IMG/VR virus record: IMGVR_UViG_3300033997_000478
Coordinates: 168,675-232,674 of that record
From: a virus
Length of the DNA stretch: 64,000 bases
Strand: one strand, 5' to 3'
Shown: positions 9,768-22,669 of the stretch, in pieces
Position numbering within the stretch: the stretch's first letter is position 1
How the letters are laid out: each line of letters starts with the position of its first letter
Position numbers and translations under genes: made by a program
The notes under the pieces: model-generated
Database searches by the model: none
What the model saw: only the letters and a program-made list of their open reading frames with translations
Told to the model about the DNA's origin: nothing

Positions 9768-11000
9768 ATGTCGAAAGTAGGAGAATTCTGGCCGACCAGC
9801 ACCCCCAAGGATGAGTCGGTAGAAGAAGGGCCGATCGAAGGTGCTTTCCACCGTATCGAGCGGAGCATCACCGCGCAGGGCGCAGCGGGTCTTTTCACGA
9901 TGGAGCCGGTGTATGACACCAAGCTCTTTGATCTGATCGACAAGCCGCTGGAAGTGTTGGCCGGTGTGTCGGTGGTGTTGCGTGATGTGTCATCGCCGAT
10001 GACCATCTGTGCCTACCAGTTCGTCGAATACGGCACAGGCATGCGCGTGTGGATCTACGTCGACCTGCTCTGGGGCGAGGGCGTCAAGCCGTGGCTGATT
10101 GCCCAAGCTGCGGCAGTGAACCAGATCCGTGGTGGTATCTGCTCCATGTTGCTGCCAGCCGGCTACCGACCCTCCATAAGCGACCACGGTTCGCCCGCTC
10201 TGCGTCCGGCGATCCAAGCCCAAGAGAATCTGTGGGAGGACAACAGCTGTATCAACCGCTTCTTCGATCTGCAGGCCCACGTAGCCCAGAAATACCACGC
10301 AATGGGTGTCTGGGATAGCGAGATCAGTATCGAAGCTGGTCAGCCGTACATTGACCAGCATTTTGACAACAACTGGACCACCGAGCTTCGCATCTCCAGC
10401 TCGAGTGTTTTGGTGCGTCGTTCGCAGTGGACCCACATCGAGCAATACTTCGGTAGTCCCTGGTACTGGGCTGACGGTAAACTCATCCCCGAAGCGATGA
10501 TCAAGGAGCGGCCGGATCGCAACTACGACATCCGCAGGTACACCTTCGAACCGGCACCGAGTTGGGACAACCTCCATTCGCTGACCCTGACCGACGCCGG
10601 CATGCGGGTGTACGCCAACCTGCCTGGGTTTGTCACGATGAAAACCGAACTGCCGCAAGTTCAGCTTGACCCCGACGAGTGGGTGCTGATCAGCTGGGCG
10701 TGCGAAAACGGCGGCGAGTATACGTCGAAGGAAACCCACCGCACCATCTCACCTGGGCAAGTACGGGAGTCGTTTGAGGGCCAGCAAAAGATCCACTACC
10801 CCACCTGGGAATCGCGGCATGATGAATCGGGTAGCCACCAGATCTGGGAGAAGCCCCCCTTCTCCACCGAGTGGGTTCTCACGGAGACCTACCGCACGGA
10901 CGTACATGGTCGGCGCATCGATCCCAACGCTGTTCCTCCGACCCCGAAGTCCAGGGGTTGGTTTGCCCGCCTGCTGTTGCGACTGAACCTGATCAAATGA
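9768..11000 (+). CDS. hypothetical protein (410 aa)
   Basis: RBS aggagaaagga before ATG 9768. Confidence 0.55.
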   Translation: MSKVGEFWPTSTPKDESVEEGPIEGAFHRIERSITAQGAAGLFTMEPVYDTKLFDLIDKPLEVLAGVSVVLRDVSSPMTICAYQFVEYGTGMRVWIYVDLLWGEGVKPWLIAQAAAVNQIRGGICSMLLPAGYRPSISDHGSPALRPAIQAQENLWEDNSCINRFFDLQAHVAQKYHAMGVWDSEISIEAGQPYIDQHFDNNWTTELRISSSSVLVRRSQWTHIEQYFGSPWYWADGKLIPEAMIKERPDRNYDIRRYTFEPAPSWDNLHSLTLTDAGMRVYANLPGFVTMKTELPQVQLDPDEWVLISWACENGGEYTSKETHRTISPGQVRESFEGQQKIHYPTWESRHDESGSHQIWEKPPFSTEWVLTETYRTDVHGRRIDPNAVPPTPKSRGWFARLLLRLNLIK

Positions 11001-11173
11001 TCCACGTCAAGCCTGACAAGCTCTTCCCCGGTCAACCCGACCGGGGATCGCTGTCCAATGCTGCTATCGAGTCAGCTCGAGAAATCCGGCAGCGCATGTG
11101 GGAAGCTGCTCAAGCAGCACAGACAGGAATGGCCCAGCAACGCAAGGCCTTCCAAGACTACCTCAAGACCTGA
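10997..11173 (+). CDS. hypothetical small protein (58 aa)
   Basis: ATGA overlap with the stop of the 410-aa gene. The track ORF from 10871 is out of frame with its neighbour and trimmed to this ATG. Confidence 0.4.
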   Translation: MIHVKPDKLFPGQPDRGSLSNAAIESAREIRQRMWEAAQAAQTGMAQQRKAFQDYLKT

Positions 11174-11182
11174 TCACCTCCA

Positions 11183-11656
11183 ATGCTCACACCCGTCACG
11201 TTCGAACAAGAACGCCAAGCGCAGGCCTATGCGCACATCGCCCGCACCGTCGCCCGTTTGGCCCATAAGGACCAATTGGATCTGGGTGGGAATCTCTACA
11301 TCGAACATGCCCAGTACGTGGGTCGGTTCGAGAACTACCATACGGCCAAGGTGGTGGGCCTGTTGCATGACGTACTGGAAGTTGACGGGTGGTCGATCAA
11401 GCGGTTGAGCGATTACGGGTTTCCGGAGTTCATCTTGGAGCGCCTGTTGCTGTTGTATCGACCGCAGGGGATGTCCTACAGCCAGTACATCCAGCGCTTG
11501 GCGGTGGATGAGATTTGCCGACTGGTCAAGATCCGTGACCTACGGCACAACATGCGTCCGGAGCGACTGATCCGGTTCGATGATGCTGCGGTGGCTCGGA
11601 TCAAGAAGTACCACCGCTGGTATCTGTTCCTCAAGTCCTACGTACCGGAGAAGTGA
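11183..11656 (+). CDS. HD-domain (p)ppGpp hydrolase-like protein (RelA/SpoT hydrolase fold)
   Basis: Motifs HD...LLHDVLE and LVKIRDLRHNMR match the SpoT/Mesh1 hydrolase signatures HDxxED and LVKLADRLHNMR. Size 157 aa, typical of small alarmone hydrolases. Confidence 0.6.
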   Translation: MLTPVTFEQERQAQAYAHIARTVARLAHKDQLDLGGNLYIEHAQYVGRFENYHTAKVVGLLHDVLEVDGWSIKRLSDYGFPEFILERLLLLYRPQGMSYSQYIQRLAVDEICRLVKIRDLRHNMRPERLIRFDDAAVARIKKYHRWYLFLKSYVPEK

Positions 11657-11657
11657 G

Positions 11658-11873
11658 ATGGAAGAAACCAACAAAGCCTTCGAAGGTCTGAGGGCATGGG
11701 TTGTAAGTTTCCGTGCTGCCGTGCGGCAACTGGTGGAACGCATGATGGGGTCGATCAGCGCAGTTCTGCGAATCTACTACGTCCAGCGCGATCTGCGTGG
11801 CCGCTTCGTCCACAACCACAAGGGCAAGTCGCGCCGTCACCACGCTACGCCCCGCCGCTACCTTTGGTGTTAG
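11658..11873 (+). CDS. hypothetical small protein
   Basis: ATG overlapping the upstream stop (gtgagATGg). Confidence 0.35.
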   Translation: MEETNKAFEGLRAWVVSFRAAVRQLVERMMGSISAVLRIYYVQRDLRGRFVHNHKGKSRRHHATPRRYLWC

Positions 11874-11875
11874 CG

Positions 11876-12094
11876 ATGAAAGCTTGGATACGACGTTGGG
11901 CCGCTGCGTCCGATGAGACCCCGATGGAGACCGGGTTCATCTTGGGCGCGATAGCCGCAGTGATCCTGATCATTGGAGTGGTGGCCACCGGTAGTACTTT
12001 CGGCCAGCGTTGTGCGAAGGTGGCTCCGAAGGACTCTCCCGAATGGCACCAATGCATCAAAGACCTGACCGCCGGCAAGAAAGAAAAGGACTGA
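11876..12094 (+). CDS. small membrane protein
   Basis: ATG 2 nt after the upstream stop. TM helix GFILGAIAAVILIIGVVATG. Confidence 0.4.
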   Translation: MKAWIRRWAAASDETPMETGFILGAIAAVILIIGVVATGSTFGQRCAKVAPKDSPEWHQCIKDLTAGKKEKD

Positions 12095-12095
12095 C

Positions 12096-12719
12096 ATGAA
12101 CAACACCCGTATTCCCGATCTCCACTACCACCTGACCATCGGTGTGACGTTGGAGCAGTTTTTCAAGCAACCGATCAACAGGGCCATCGACGCCGAAGAT
12201 ACCGCGGTGGCCTACGGTACGATCAAGCAGCTCGACGGCATCCCGCACTCCCTGGCAGTACATGCCTACGAAACCCGGCCGTGGAACCAGCGCACCCATG
12301 CGCGACTGGAGCGTTTCACGATCGAGTTCGTCCAATCCATCCCGGATCAGCCTACCGAGCTGTCTGTGAAGGAACTGGAGATCTTGTTGTTGAGCAAGGG
12401 CAATGTGGAGCTGTTTGCCGACATCCAGAAGCGTCTGGGCGTCGAAGCCACTCGCTGGAGCAAGGCGTGGGCCAACCACTACAGCCGCTCGATCACCAAC
12501 GCGACGGTGGTGTATTTCATTTCTCAGACCAACGTAATACCTCGTGTGGACTACGAATGGGCACGGGGACACCTCAACCGCGAAGTTATCAAGAAGGTCT
12601 GCGAGACGGCCTTGCAGCAGGTGTTTTTCGGGGATGGTCGTTTGGCAGACTTCACCAGCTTTGGCATGAAGGATGTCAAGTTGAACCTGAAGGAAGGGAC
12701 GGTCGAAGTAGAACTGTAA
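12096..12719 (+). CDS. hypothetical protein
   Basis: RBS aaaagga before ATG 12096. Confidence 0.5.
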   Translation: MNNTRIPDLHYHLTIGVTLEQFFKQPINRAIDAEDTAVAYGTIKQLDGIPHSLAVHAYETRPWNQRTHARLERFTIEFVQSIPDQPTELSVKELEILLLSKGNVELFADIQKRLGVEATRWSKAWANHYSRSITNATVVYFISQTNVIPRVDYEWARGHLNREVIKKVCETALQQVFFGDGRLADFTSFGMKDVKLNLKEGTVEVEL

Positions 12720-12730
12720 CAGGGGGCAAC

Positions 12731-13132
12731 ATGGAAAACGCATTGAGTCCGTTGCAACACGCGCTGGTCGTGCTCGGGGAAGAGGCTGCCGAGGTCAGCG
12801 AAGGGGCAATGGACATTGCGCAACGCGCTGCGCGTATCTCGCAAATCGCACAGAAGGCTTTGCGCTTTGGCATTGAAGACTATCACCCGATCAAGAGGAT
12901 GATCAATCTGGCTCACATGCAAGACGAGCTCAGTGACTTGATGGGGGCGATTCGTCTTTTCAATGTCGAACTGGAAAAGGCGGGTCTACCGCCGCTACGT
13001 ACGGATGATGAAGCCCGTATCCAAAGGAAGATGAACCGCATCGTGATCTATTCAGATCGCAGTCTGCGCTCTGGAAAGCTATCCGGCTTCCTCGATTACG
13101 GCCTCAACTCCAAAGCGGAGGTGACGTCGTAG
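12731..13132 (+). CDS. possible MazG-like nucleotide pyrophosphohydrolase
   Basis: RBS agggggcaac before ATG. The paired helices LQHALVVLGEEAAEVSEG and QDELSDLMGAI resemble the MazG EExxE/D motifs. Size about 133 aa. The alternative 283-aa track ORF (12281-13132) overlaps the previous gene and is rejected. Confidence 0.4.
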   Translation: MENALSPLQHALVVLGEEAAEVSEGAMDIAQRAARISQIAQKALRFGIEDYHPIKRMINLAHMQDELSDLMGAIRLFNVELEKAGLPPLRTDDEARIQRKMNRIVIYSDRSLRSGKLSGFLDYGLNSKAEVTS

Positions 13133-13163
13133 TTCGGGGCACTACGACTAGAAGGTAATCCCA

Positions 13164-14048
13164 ATGCAAGCTGATGAAAAGTACTCGCTGCGCTTACTGA
13201 GTCCCAGTGAGCGCGTGAGATTGGCAGTGGAGTACAACCACGAAGCTGCCGGTCGACTCAAGGGCGAGAAGCTGGACGAGAACGAAGCCCTACTCGATCC
13301 CAGTCGGGTGCGTGAGATTTTGCGCATCCTCGATGAAACCGATGTGCCTGTTCTCACCACCCAGCTCTCGCTGGAGGAATTGGACTTCCTGTACGGTCTG
13401 GACAGCGCCCTACGTCGGCCGCACCGTCAGCTTAAGCTGTTGTCCTCTTACCTCAGTCATGGTCAGTTGGCTGAGCTGGAAGAGATCTTTGCCAGCGCCA
13501 GCATCGATTACCTCTCCGACAGCCGGACAGGACCGATGGTGCGTTTGCAGATCACCGCCGCCACCCCTGAACTGGCTGAGCGGCATCGGGAGTTGCACAC
13601 CGAGTGGGTGCGTCAGAACCACAACGTGATGGTCAAGGGCTTGGATGAGGTGTCCTGGCTGCTGGCCGAACATACCAACAGAAACTCTGCCCCGCAGAGC
13701 TATACTGGTATGATCACTCCCTCACGGGCCAATTGGCAGGCTGACACGACCAACTGGCGTGAGCAGCTCAACAATGACGCCCAGCGTTACCCGGAGTTTG
13801 CGCCCATTCGCCAATGGATCATCCAGCAGGTGATGGACAAGGAAGCACGGCAACCCCAGAAGCTGCTACTGGATACTCCCAGTGCAGTACTGCGGGTCAC
13901 CGGGGTCAAGGACAATGGCATGCTCCAACTGTCCAGTAACTTGGACAGCGAGCTTAGCTATGATTCGGAACTGCCCTACAGCTTCGTTCGCCCTGAACGT
14001 AATGACGGTACCTACCGTCTGTACCTGTCGGCAGTCTCTTCGCTCTGA
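13164..14048 (+). CDS. hypothetical protein
   Basis: RBS aaggtaatcccaATG. Confidence 0.5.
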   Translation: MQADEKYSLRLLSPSERVRLAVEYNHEAAGRLKGEKLDENEALLDPSRVREILRILDETDVPVLTTQLSLEELDFLYGLDSALRRPHRQLKLLSSYLSHGQLAELEEIFASASIDYLSDSRTGPMVRLQITAATPELAERHRELHTEWVRQNHNVMVKGLDEVSWLLAEHTNRNSAPQSYTGMITPSRANWQADTTNWREQLNNDAQRYPEFAPIRQWIIQQVMDKEARQPQKLLLDTPSAVLRVTGVKDNGMLQLSSNLDSELSYDSELPYSFVRPERNDGTYRLYLSAVSSL

Positions 14049-14066
14049 TTAAGCTCGGGAGGGCTT

Positions 14067-14750
14067 ATGGAAGGTGATTTGACGCAAGTCCAGCTGGAGA
14101 AGATCTGCTGGCTGGCGTGTCGACGGTTGGCCTCGATCCACGTACCAGCAGCCGAAGACGGCGACATGCCCAATCGGGTCTGGTACTTTGCCAACTACCT
14201 GATTCACGTAGGTGGGGTTCCTTACCACCTGATGTTGGCCCCGCAGTATGACAACACCGAGCTGGCTGAAGAGAACTTGGAGGCCTACGCTCGCAATGGG
14301 TTGGATGGCGCGTTGAATCACCTGCTGAGCTATCACGGCTTGAAGGTGGCTGAGCGTGTCACCGAGGGCGATCATCGTGGTATGTCGGAGGAAGACTGGC
14401 GTACGATCTTCCGCTTGATGTGCAACGAAGAAATCTACCTGTCCTTTGTGACCAACAAGGAAAGGCGGTTGGCGCTGGATTGGTTGCCGGTGGTAATCAA
14501 CAACAGCATCTTCTACGTGGCCTCTACCGATGGTACGGTGGCCTATCTGAGCTATCTGCCCAAGATCCGGACGATGTTTGACCGGTGGGGCTCTGACGGG
14601 CTGCACGCGTGGTCGGCCCATCAGCGTGGGGAGAAACCTCTGCCCAAGTATGACACCGCCTCGTTCCGCGAAGCGCTTGCTTACAGCAAGCGTACCCATG
14701 GGGTGGGCTCGTACGAGTATTTCCAGCAGAGCTTGCAACAAGCAGCATAA
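14067..14750 (+). CDS. hypothetical protein
   Basis: RBS gggagggcttATG. Terminator downstream. Confidence 0.5.
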   Translation: MEGDLTQVQLEKICWLACRRLASIHVPAAEDGDMPNRVWYFANYLIHVGGVPYHLMLAPQYDNTELAEENLEAYARNGLDGALNHLLSYHGLKVAERVTEGDHRGMSEEDWRTIFRLMCNEEIYLSFVTNKERRLALDWLPVVINNSIFYVASTDGTVAYLSYLPKIRTMFDRWGSDGLHAWSAHQRGEKPLPKYDTASFREALAYSKRTHGVGSYEYFQQSLQQAA

Positions 14751-14754
14751 ACCG

Positions 14755-14780
14755 GCGCCCCTTCGGGGGCGCTTTTATTC
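14755..14780 (+). terminator. intrinsic terminator (gcgcccc-ttcg-ggggcgc + ttttattc)
   Basis: 7-bp GC stem, TTCG loop, T-run. Confidence 0.65.
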
Positions 14781-14797
14781 CGTCAAGAGGGATTGCA

Positions 14798-15169
14798 ATG
14801 GAAGAGAAGTACGAGCACGCAGGGCGCGATCCGCGTCCGTTGGTCCCGCCGGGTCGTCACGTCGGTATGGCTGGTTGCCACTGGGTGGCCCATGTCGATT
14901 ACGACGGTCGGTCACTGGGTTCGCCGGAAGTCTACCAGTGGCAGCCGTTTGCCAAGAAGTGGTGTCGTCCCAACGAACACGCCTCTGATCGCAACCTGGA
15001 TCTGGTCAACTACCGCTGGGTGGCACCGTGCCCGCTGCCGGTGACTGCGCCGGAGTACAACGAGGTCAAGGCTACGTTGACCAAGATCAAGAACGGGGAG
15101 AAGGTCTCGCCCGAGCAGATGGAACAGCTCATGCTGATCTTCCATGAGCAGGTCTTCCCCTACGCGTAA
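14798..15169 (+). CDS. hypothetical protein
   Basis: RBS aagagggattgcaATG. Confidence 0.45.
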   Translation: MEEKYEHAGRDPRPLVPPGRHVGMAGCHWVAHVDYDGRSLGSPEVYQWQPFAKKWCRPNEHASDRNLDLVNYRWVAPCPLPVTAPEYNEVKATLTKIKNGEKVSPEQMEQLMLIFHEQVFPYA

Positions 15170-15190
15170 GTCTTCACGTAGGGGTTTGAT
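15157..15190 (+). terminator. terminator-like hairpin overlapping the stop codon (cccctacg ... cgtagggg + tttgatgatttg)
   Basis: 8-bp stem with a 12-nt loop, T-rich tail. Confidence 0.4.
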
Positions 15191-15415
15191 GATTTGAACA
15201 AGTGCGATCCGAATGACGATGGCAAGTGAGTCGTTGGTAGATGCGCATGACCTGGGTAAGCTGTAGGTGGATAACCAGGACCAGGCGACCTTTGTTAGCT
15301 TCTGAGCGCAGAGGTTACGGACTAGCCGAGCACGTATGTGATGTTGGGGAGAGAGGGAACGCCGTATAGCCACCCCCTACACATGTGCGATAACCTTCGT
15401 AGTTTTGGAGTGTTG

Positions 15416-15685
15416 ATGAAGATCAAGCAGTTTATCAAGGACGTGCGTGCGTTCAGTCAACAGCTGCGCTACTTGTTCGTAGCCATCTGGAACGGCGAGA
15501 TCGTCTTCCGTGAAGATGGTCAGATTGGTTGTCGGAACATCGCCATCGGAATCAAATCCGAGCAAACCTTCGACGACTCGGTGATCGACGCTGAGATTGT
15601 GAGGACTGATGAGCAACAACCGCTTGCGCTCTCTGAGCGAAGAACAATTGCAGGACCTGATCCATCGAGCGGACAAGACGCTTGA
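15416..15685 (+). CDS. putative small protein (89 aa) inside the low-GC island
   Basis: ATG 15416 preceded by ttggagtg. Protein-like N-terminal half. Overlaps the next small ORF by 77 nt. Confidence 0.25.
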   Translation: MKIKQFIKDVRAFSQQLRYLFVAIWNGEIVFREDGQIGCRNIAIGIKSEQTFDDSVIDAEIVRTDEQQPLALSERRTIAGPDPSSGQDA

Positions 15686-15833
15686 TGAACTGGAAGGACT
15701 GATCGCTGAGGAGCAAAAGCTCACTCACGAAAAGAACCAACATGTTTTCCTCTGTGAGGCACGGCAGTGTTTGACAGGCTTTCGTCTGAGTGCAACAAAC
15801 GTGCATGCACGCAAGCGTATCCTCGGACGATAA
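15609..15833 (+). CDS. putative small coiled-coil protein (74 aa)
   Basis: RBS gtgaggact 5 nt before ATG. Sequence MSNNRLRSLSEEQLQDLIHRADKTLDELEGLIAEEQKL is strongly helical and protein-like. Confidence 0.3.
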   Translation: MSNNRLRSLSEEQLQDLIHRADKTLDELEGLIAEEQKLTHEKNQHVFLCEARQCLTGFRLSATNVHARKRILGR

Positions 15834-16426
15834 CGAACCCAAGGCAAGGACTGGTAAGAACAAGCATCTCAGAAAGCAGTCGGAAACTACAACTGGTATT
15901 CAGTCGTCCCTGTCGATACGTACCCTCGCTGAAACCTGCAAAGGTGGAGAGGGATTCCTGCGTGTTGGCACATAAGGGGAGAGAAGCCCAGGTCGCGGTG
16001 AGGAAGAAACGCGATGAGTAAAGACGCGGTATCGTGCCGTCCCCGTACTGAGGGAGGGCATTAAGCGATACGTGGTGCAATCCCACACTTTCTGAGGTGC
16101 TCTTGAATCACGTCGTCCTGGACCGTTGGGAAAACCAAGTACCGAGAAGTGCAAGCGTTGCTCCGGCGATGCAAGCATGAAGTGTCCTGTGCCCGACGTG
16201 GGCGAAATCAGCCAGCTTGGGGTGCAAGGCTGATGGGTCCTGACTTAAAGCAATGCGTGTCGCCAGTCAGCGACATATCTAACCCTGCTACGTTACAGCT
16301 ACCGGGAGACGCCACTCGGGAGGCTGCTCGACAACGCCTGTTTGAGTTAGAGGTGCGGGCTAGAACTGGCGTGGCTGCCAGAGATCCCCAAACTTGGCTT
16401 GACAGGCTGGACCTAATCTAGCTTTA

Positions 16427-16457
16427 GACCCCCCTCCTTCGGGAGGGGGTCTTTTAT
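16427..16457 (+). terminator. intrinsic terminator (ccccctcc-ttcg-ggaggggg + tcttttat)
   Basis: Perfect 8-bp stem, TTCG loop, T-run. Confidence 0.65.
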
Positions 16458-16496
16458 ACCGGGTGCAACATAGACCCTTCAAGAAGTGAGAAGAAC

Positions 16497-16943
16497 ATGA
16501 CTTTGAGAAGCCTGAGTGAATTGGAAGTGTTGCCGTGCCAGTTGTACGTGCAACCCAAAGGCGAACGCAAGTATCGAGTGGTGGACATCGTAAGTCCGGT
16601 ACCGGTACCGGATGGAATTGGGCCGTTCACGGCCACCTTCCACATCGCCTCTGGTTGTCCTGAGCCCGCCTTGACGTTGCGGTGGCCGGTGCCTGACAAC
16701 CATCGCATGAAGAAAGAAACATTCCTGAACCTGTGTTACTCCCAGGCGGAGTATTTCAACGCCCAGCTGTTGAAGCTCGGCGGTCAATACCGTGTCACAG
16801 CGTTCGACCAAACTTACCAGGTCGCTGAAGATCGCTTCGATACGCATCGCTACACGATTCCTTTCAGTCCGTTCGAACTGGTGGCCGTGGAAGGTAATCC
16901 CTGCATCAGTCCGTACAACGCTGCCGTCGAGCCAAGTGAATAA
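16497..16943 (+). CDS. hypothetical protein
   Basis: RBS aagaagtgagaagaacATG. Confidence 0.5.
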   Translation: MTLRSLSELEVLPCQLYVQPKGERKYRVVDIVSPVPVPDGIGPFTATFHIASGCPEPALTLRWPVPDNHRMKKETFLNLCYSQAEYFNAQLLKLGGQYRVTAFDQTYQVAEDRFDTHRYTIPFSPFELVAVEGNPCISPYNAAVEPSE

Positions 16944-16949
16944 CCAGAT

Positions 16950-16977
16950 CCCCGCCTTCGGGCGGGGCCTTTATATC
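16950..16977 (+). terminator. intrinsic terminator (ccccgcc-ttcg-ggcgggg + cctttatat)
   Basis: Hairpin right after the stop. Confidence 0.65.
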
Positions 16978-16994
16978 TCCAACAAGGAAATGCA

Positions 16995-17429
16995 GTGAAC
17001 GAATACAACATGAACCCGAACTCCGTATTCCAGCGGATGATCGAAGAGCGCCAGCGTAAGTTGGACGCAGAGCTGGCCGGTGTCGAGCAGGAAGATGCGG
17101 CGACCCTGCTCTCCCACATCAACGAAGTGAAACTGCAAATTCCGGACCTGGGTGCTTACATCCAGTGGCATGTCAACAACATGGGTACGGTGGGCGCCGA
17201 CGGCGACCTGCCGGTCAGGCAGCACACGATCGCCCTGACACTGTTGCGCCTGCGGGCTTGGGTCACCAAGTACTACGACGAATCCAAACTGGAGGGTTCG
17301 GAGATCCATTTCATGCGAGTCAAGCTGGAGATCCTGAAGCGTCAGCTCGACACGCTGTTTGACAGGACTGGTCTGGAGCCGTGGCCGGAATGCGAGAAGT
17401 CCTTGCAGGAGTATTGGGAAAGCTTCTGA
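16995..17429 (+). CDS. hypothetical protein
   Basis: GTG start with RBS caaggaaa 4-7 nt upstream. Confidence 0.5.
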   Translation: MNEYNMNPNSVFQRMIEERQRKLDAELAGVEQEDAATLLSHINEVKLQIPDLGAYIQWHVNNMGTVGADGDLPVRQHTIALTLLRLRAWVTKYYDESKLEGSEIHFMRVKLEILKRQLDTLFDRTGLEPWPECEKSLQEYWESF

Positions 17430-17436
17430 ACGAGTT

Positions 17437-17760
17437 ATGGAGTTTGAAATGTTCAACTGGTTCAAAGAAAGGCGCCGCCGCAAGGACATGGCCCAGATGC
17501 TGGCTGCCGAGTTGATCAACCTCTGCGAAACCCTGAAGATGACGCGGGGTGAGATTGTCGAGATGTTGATCATCAATCAAGGCGTGCTCGAAGAGTTCGA
17601 TTGGGACGGACCTGAAGAAGGGCGCCGTAAGCGTTACTTCGAATTCCTGGTGGAGCAGAATCTGGTGCCCGTCAAACGGCTGGAACTGCTCAGGACCAAC
17701 CCGGACATCGAAGCACAGCTTCAAACCTGGTTCGAGCAACCCTCGCTCATCCAGTTGTAA
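17437..17760 (+). CDS. hypothetical protein
   Basis: ATG (MEFEMFNWF...) 8 nt after the upstream stop. The longer track ORF overlaps the upstream gene. Confidence 0.45.
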   Translation: MEFEMFNWFKERRRRKDMAQMLAAELINLCETLKMTRGEIVEMLIINQGVLEEFDWDGPEEGRRKRYFEFLVEQNLVPVKRLELLRTNPDIEAQLQTWFEQPSLIQL

Positions 17761-17863
17761 TTTCGCACAGCCGTGCGAAACCCTGTGTACGACGGTGAGG
17801 GCCCAAAGCGGACAGGCCGTCGTGCATTTCAATCAACGCTAAACACCAACAAAGGTAAGCGCA

Positions 17864-18793
17864 ATGAACACCAACACCAACGGCCGCCGCGAACTGACCG
17901 TCGATGAACGTACCCAGCTGTGGTTTTCCACTCAGGTTAATCCCAAGGTCGCGTTGGATCGCAAGCTTGCATTCGAGTCGGGGAACATGCTGACGGCTGA
18001 AGCATGTCATGAGATGCTCGACGAGCTTCACATCCCCACCCATGCCGGCGAATTCATGTTCGTCGACCTGCCCAAGGATGGTCTGACGCACGACATGATC
18101 ACCTTCAAGCCGGAGTGGATTGACAGCAGCGGCCTGCCCTATGGGGCGATCAAGTGGGGTATGCTCAACATCGGTGCCCGGCGCGACAGCAAGATCTGCA
18201 TGTGCTTCCTGCTCGACCAGCCGGCCATCGTGGAGATCAGTCGTTTCGACGAATCGGTCACGGTGAACATCGTGATCGGCACGCGCACGCGGGTGAAAAT
18301 GGGTCAGGACCACTACACGATCTTTACCCGTGGCATGCGCGATGAAGAGCAGCGTTTTGAACGGCGTATGGATCCCCAAGGTCAGCCGGTGTGGGTACCC
18401 ACCCGTGTGCTGAAGAACACCATCCTGCCGACGGCACTGAACTGCCCCACCACGATCTGGAACTACCAGCGTGAAGTCGGTAAGCAGTTGTGCTGGCGTT
18501 GGAATGACAACCAGAACGGCGAACTACTTGTGTCGGTGGACGATGTACTGGGTCGCTACACGATCTTCAACGGCCCCACTACGGCGGAGATGGCGCAGGC
18601 GTTCTACACCCACATCAACGTGCTGAACTTGAATCATCCGTTGGATGACAAGGACAAACGTTGGCTCAACCCGATCGAGTTCTTCGACCTCCTGCATCGG
18701 ATGGCCGTGGTCCTCGGTGTGGACGAAGACAAACTTCGCACCATCCGGGAAGAGGCCGCCCGCGCAGCCGCTGCCTGGAACCCGGCGCAATAA
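17864..18793 (+). CDS. hypothetical protein (309 aa)
   Basis: RBS aaaggtaagcgcaATG. Terminator downstream. Confidence 0.55.
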   Translation: MNTNTNGRRELTVDERTQLWFSTQVNPKVALDRKLAFESGNMLTAEACHEMLDELHIPTHAGEFMFVDLPKDGLTHDMITFKPEWIDSSGLPYGAIKWGMLNIGARRDSKICMCFLLDQPAIVEISRFDESVTVNIVIGTRTRVKMGQDHYTIFTRGMRDEEQRFERRMDPQGQPVWVPTRVLKNTILPTALNCPTTIWNYQREVGKQLCWRWNDNQNGELLVSVDDVLGRYTIFNGPTTAEMAQAFYTHINVLNLNHPLDDKDKRWLNPIEFFDLLHRMAVVLGVDEDKLRTIREEAARAAAAWNPAQ

Positions 18794-18800
18794 AGCATAA

Positions 18801-22255
<3,455 letters not shown>

Positions 22256-22263
<8 letters not shown>

Positions 22264-22669
22264 GTACTTCGCCATCTACTTCGTGAGCTGTGACGATGAC
22301 GGCGCTTGCAGTTATCGAGTGAGGCTTATCCGGGCCAAGGACCTGACTCACGCACTCGCCACCCCGGTGGGTGGCAACAAGGTTCTCGATGTGGTCGAAG
22401 CGCACAAGTTCGAACGCGTCATGGCCTCGCTCACCTTCCCGACCAACCCGATCCATTACCAGTGGGCCTACATGACCGCTCGTCAGGAGTTCTGGGGGTT
22501 GGGTCACCACCGTGATCCTGATCAGGACGAACTGGAAGAGCAGGCCCTCGCCGATTACGGTCGCGGCATTGCGCAGGAAGTCTTGATCCTTGATGCCCGT
22601 GAGGCTTTGCTCTTCCTGCAAAGTGCCCACGCCGCTTGGGAACTATACCAACAGGAAATTGCATCATGA
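22256..22669 (+). CDS. hypothetical protein
   Basis: 8-nt overlap with the upstream gene. Confidence 0.45.

Larger units (their letters stand above)
15191..16426 (+). other. lower-GC, ORF-poor island between two terminators (candidate structured RNA or regulatory region)
   Basis: No ORF over about 90 aa with an RBS on either strand. GC is visibly lower than the flanks. Local hairpins include gtcgc-cagtca-gcgac (16261-16276) and ccctc...gaggg (15927-15957). The island is bounded by terminators at 15157-15190 and 16427-16457. Confidence 0.4.

Noticed and set aside
12281-13132. 283-aa + strand ORF spanning the end of the 12096-12719 gene
   Set aside because: Its N-terminal 150 aa overlap the upstream gene in another frame and are low-complexity. 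The credible MazG-like product starts at the internal ATG 12731, which has an RBS.
15416-15833. Programmed +1/-1 frameshift joining the two overlapping small ORFs into one 139-aa product
   Set aside because: No slippery heptamer or obvious stimulatory structure at the 77-nt overlap. The second ORF has its own RBS and ATG. Kept as two tentative ORFs.
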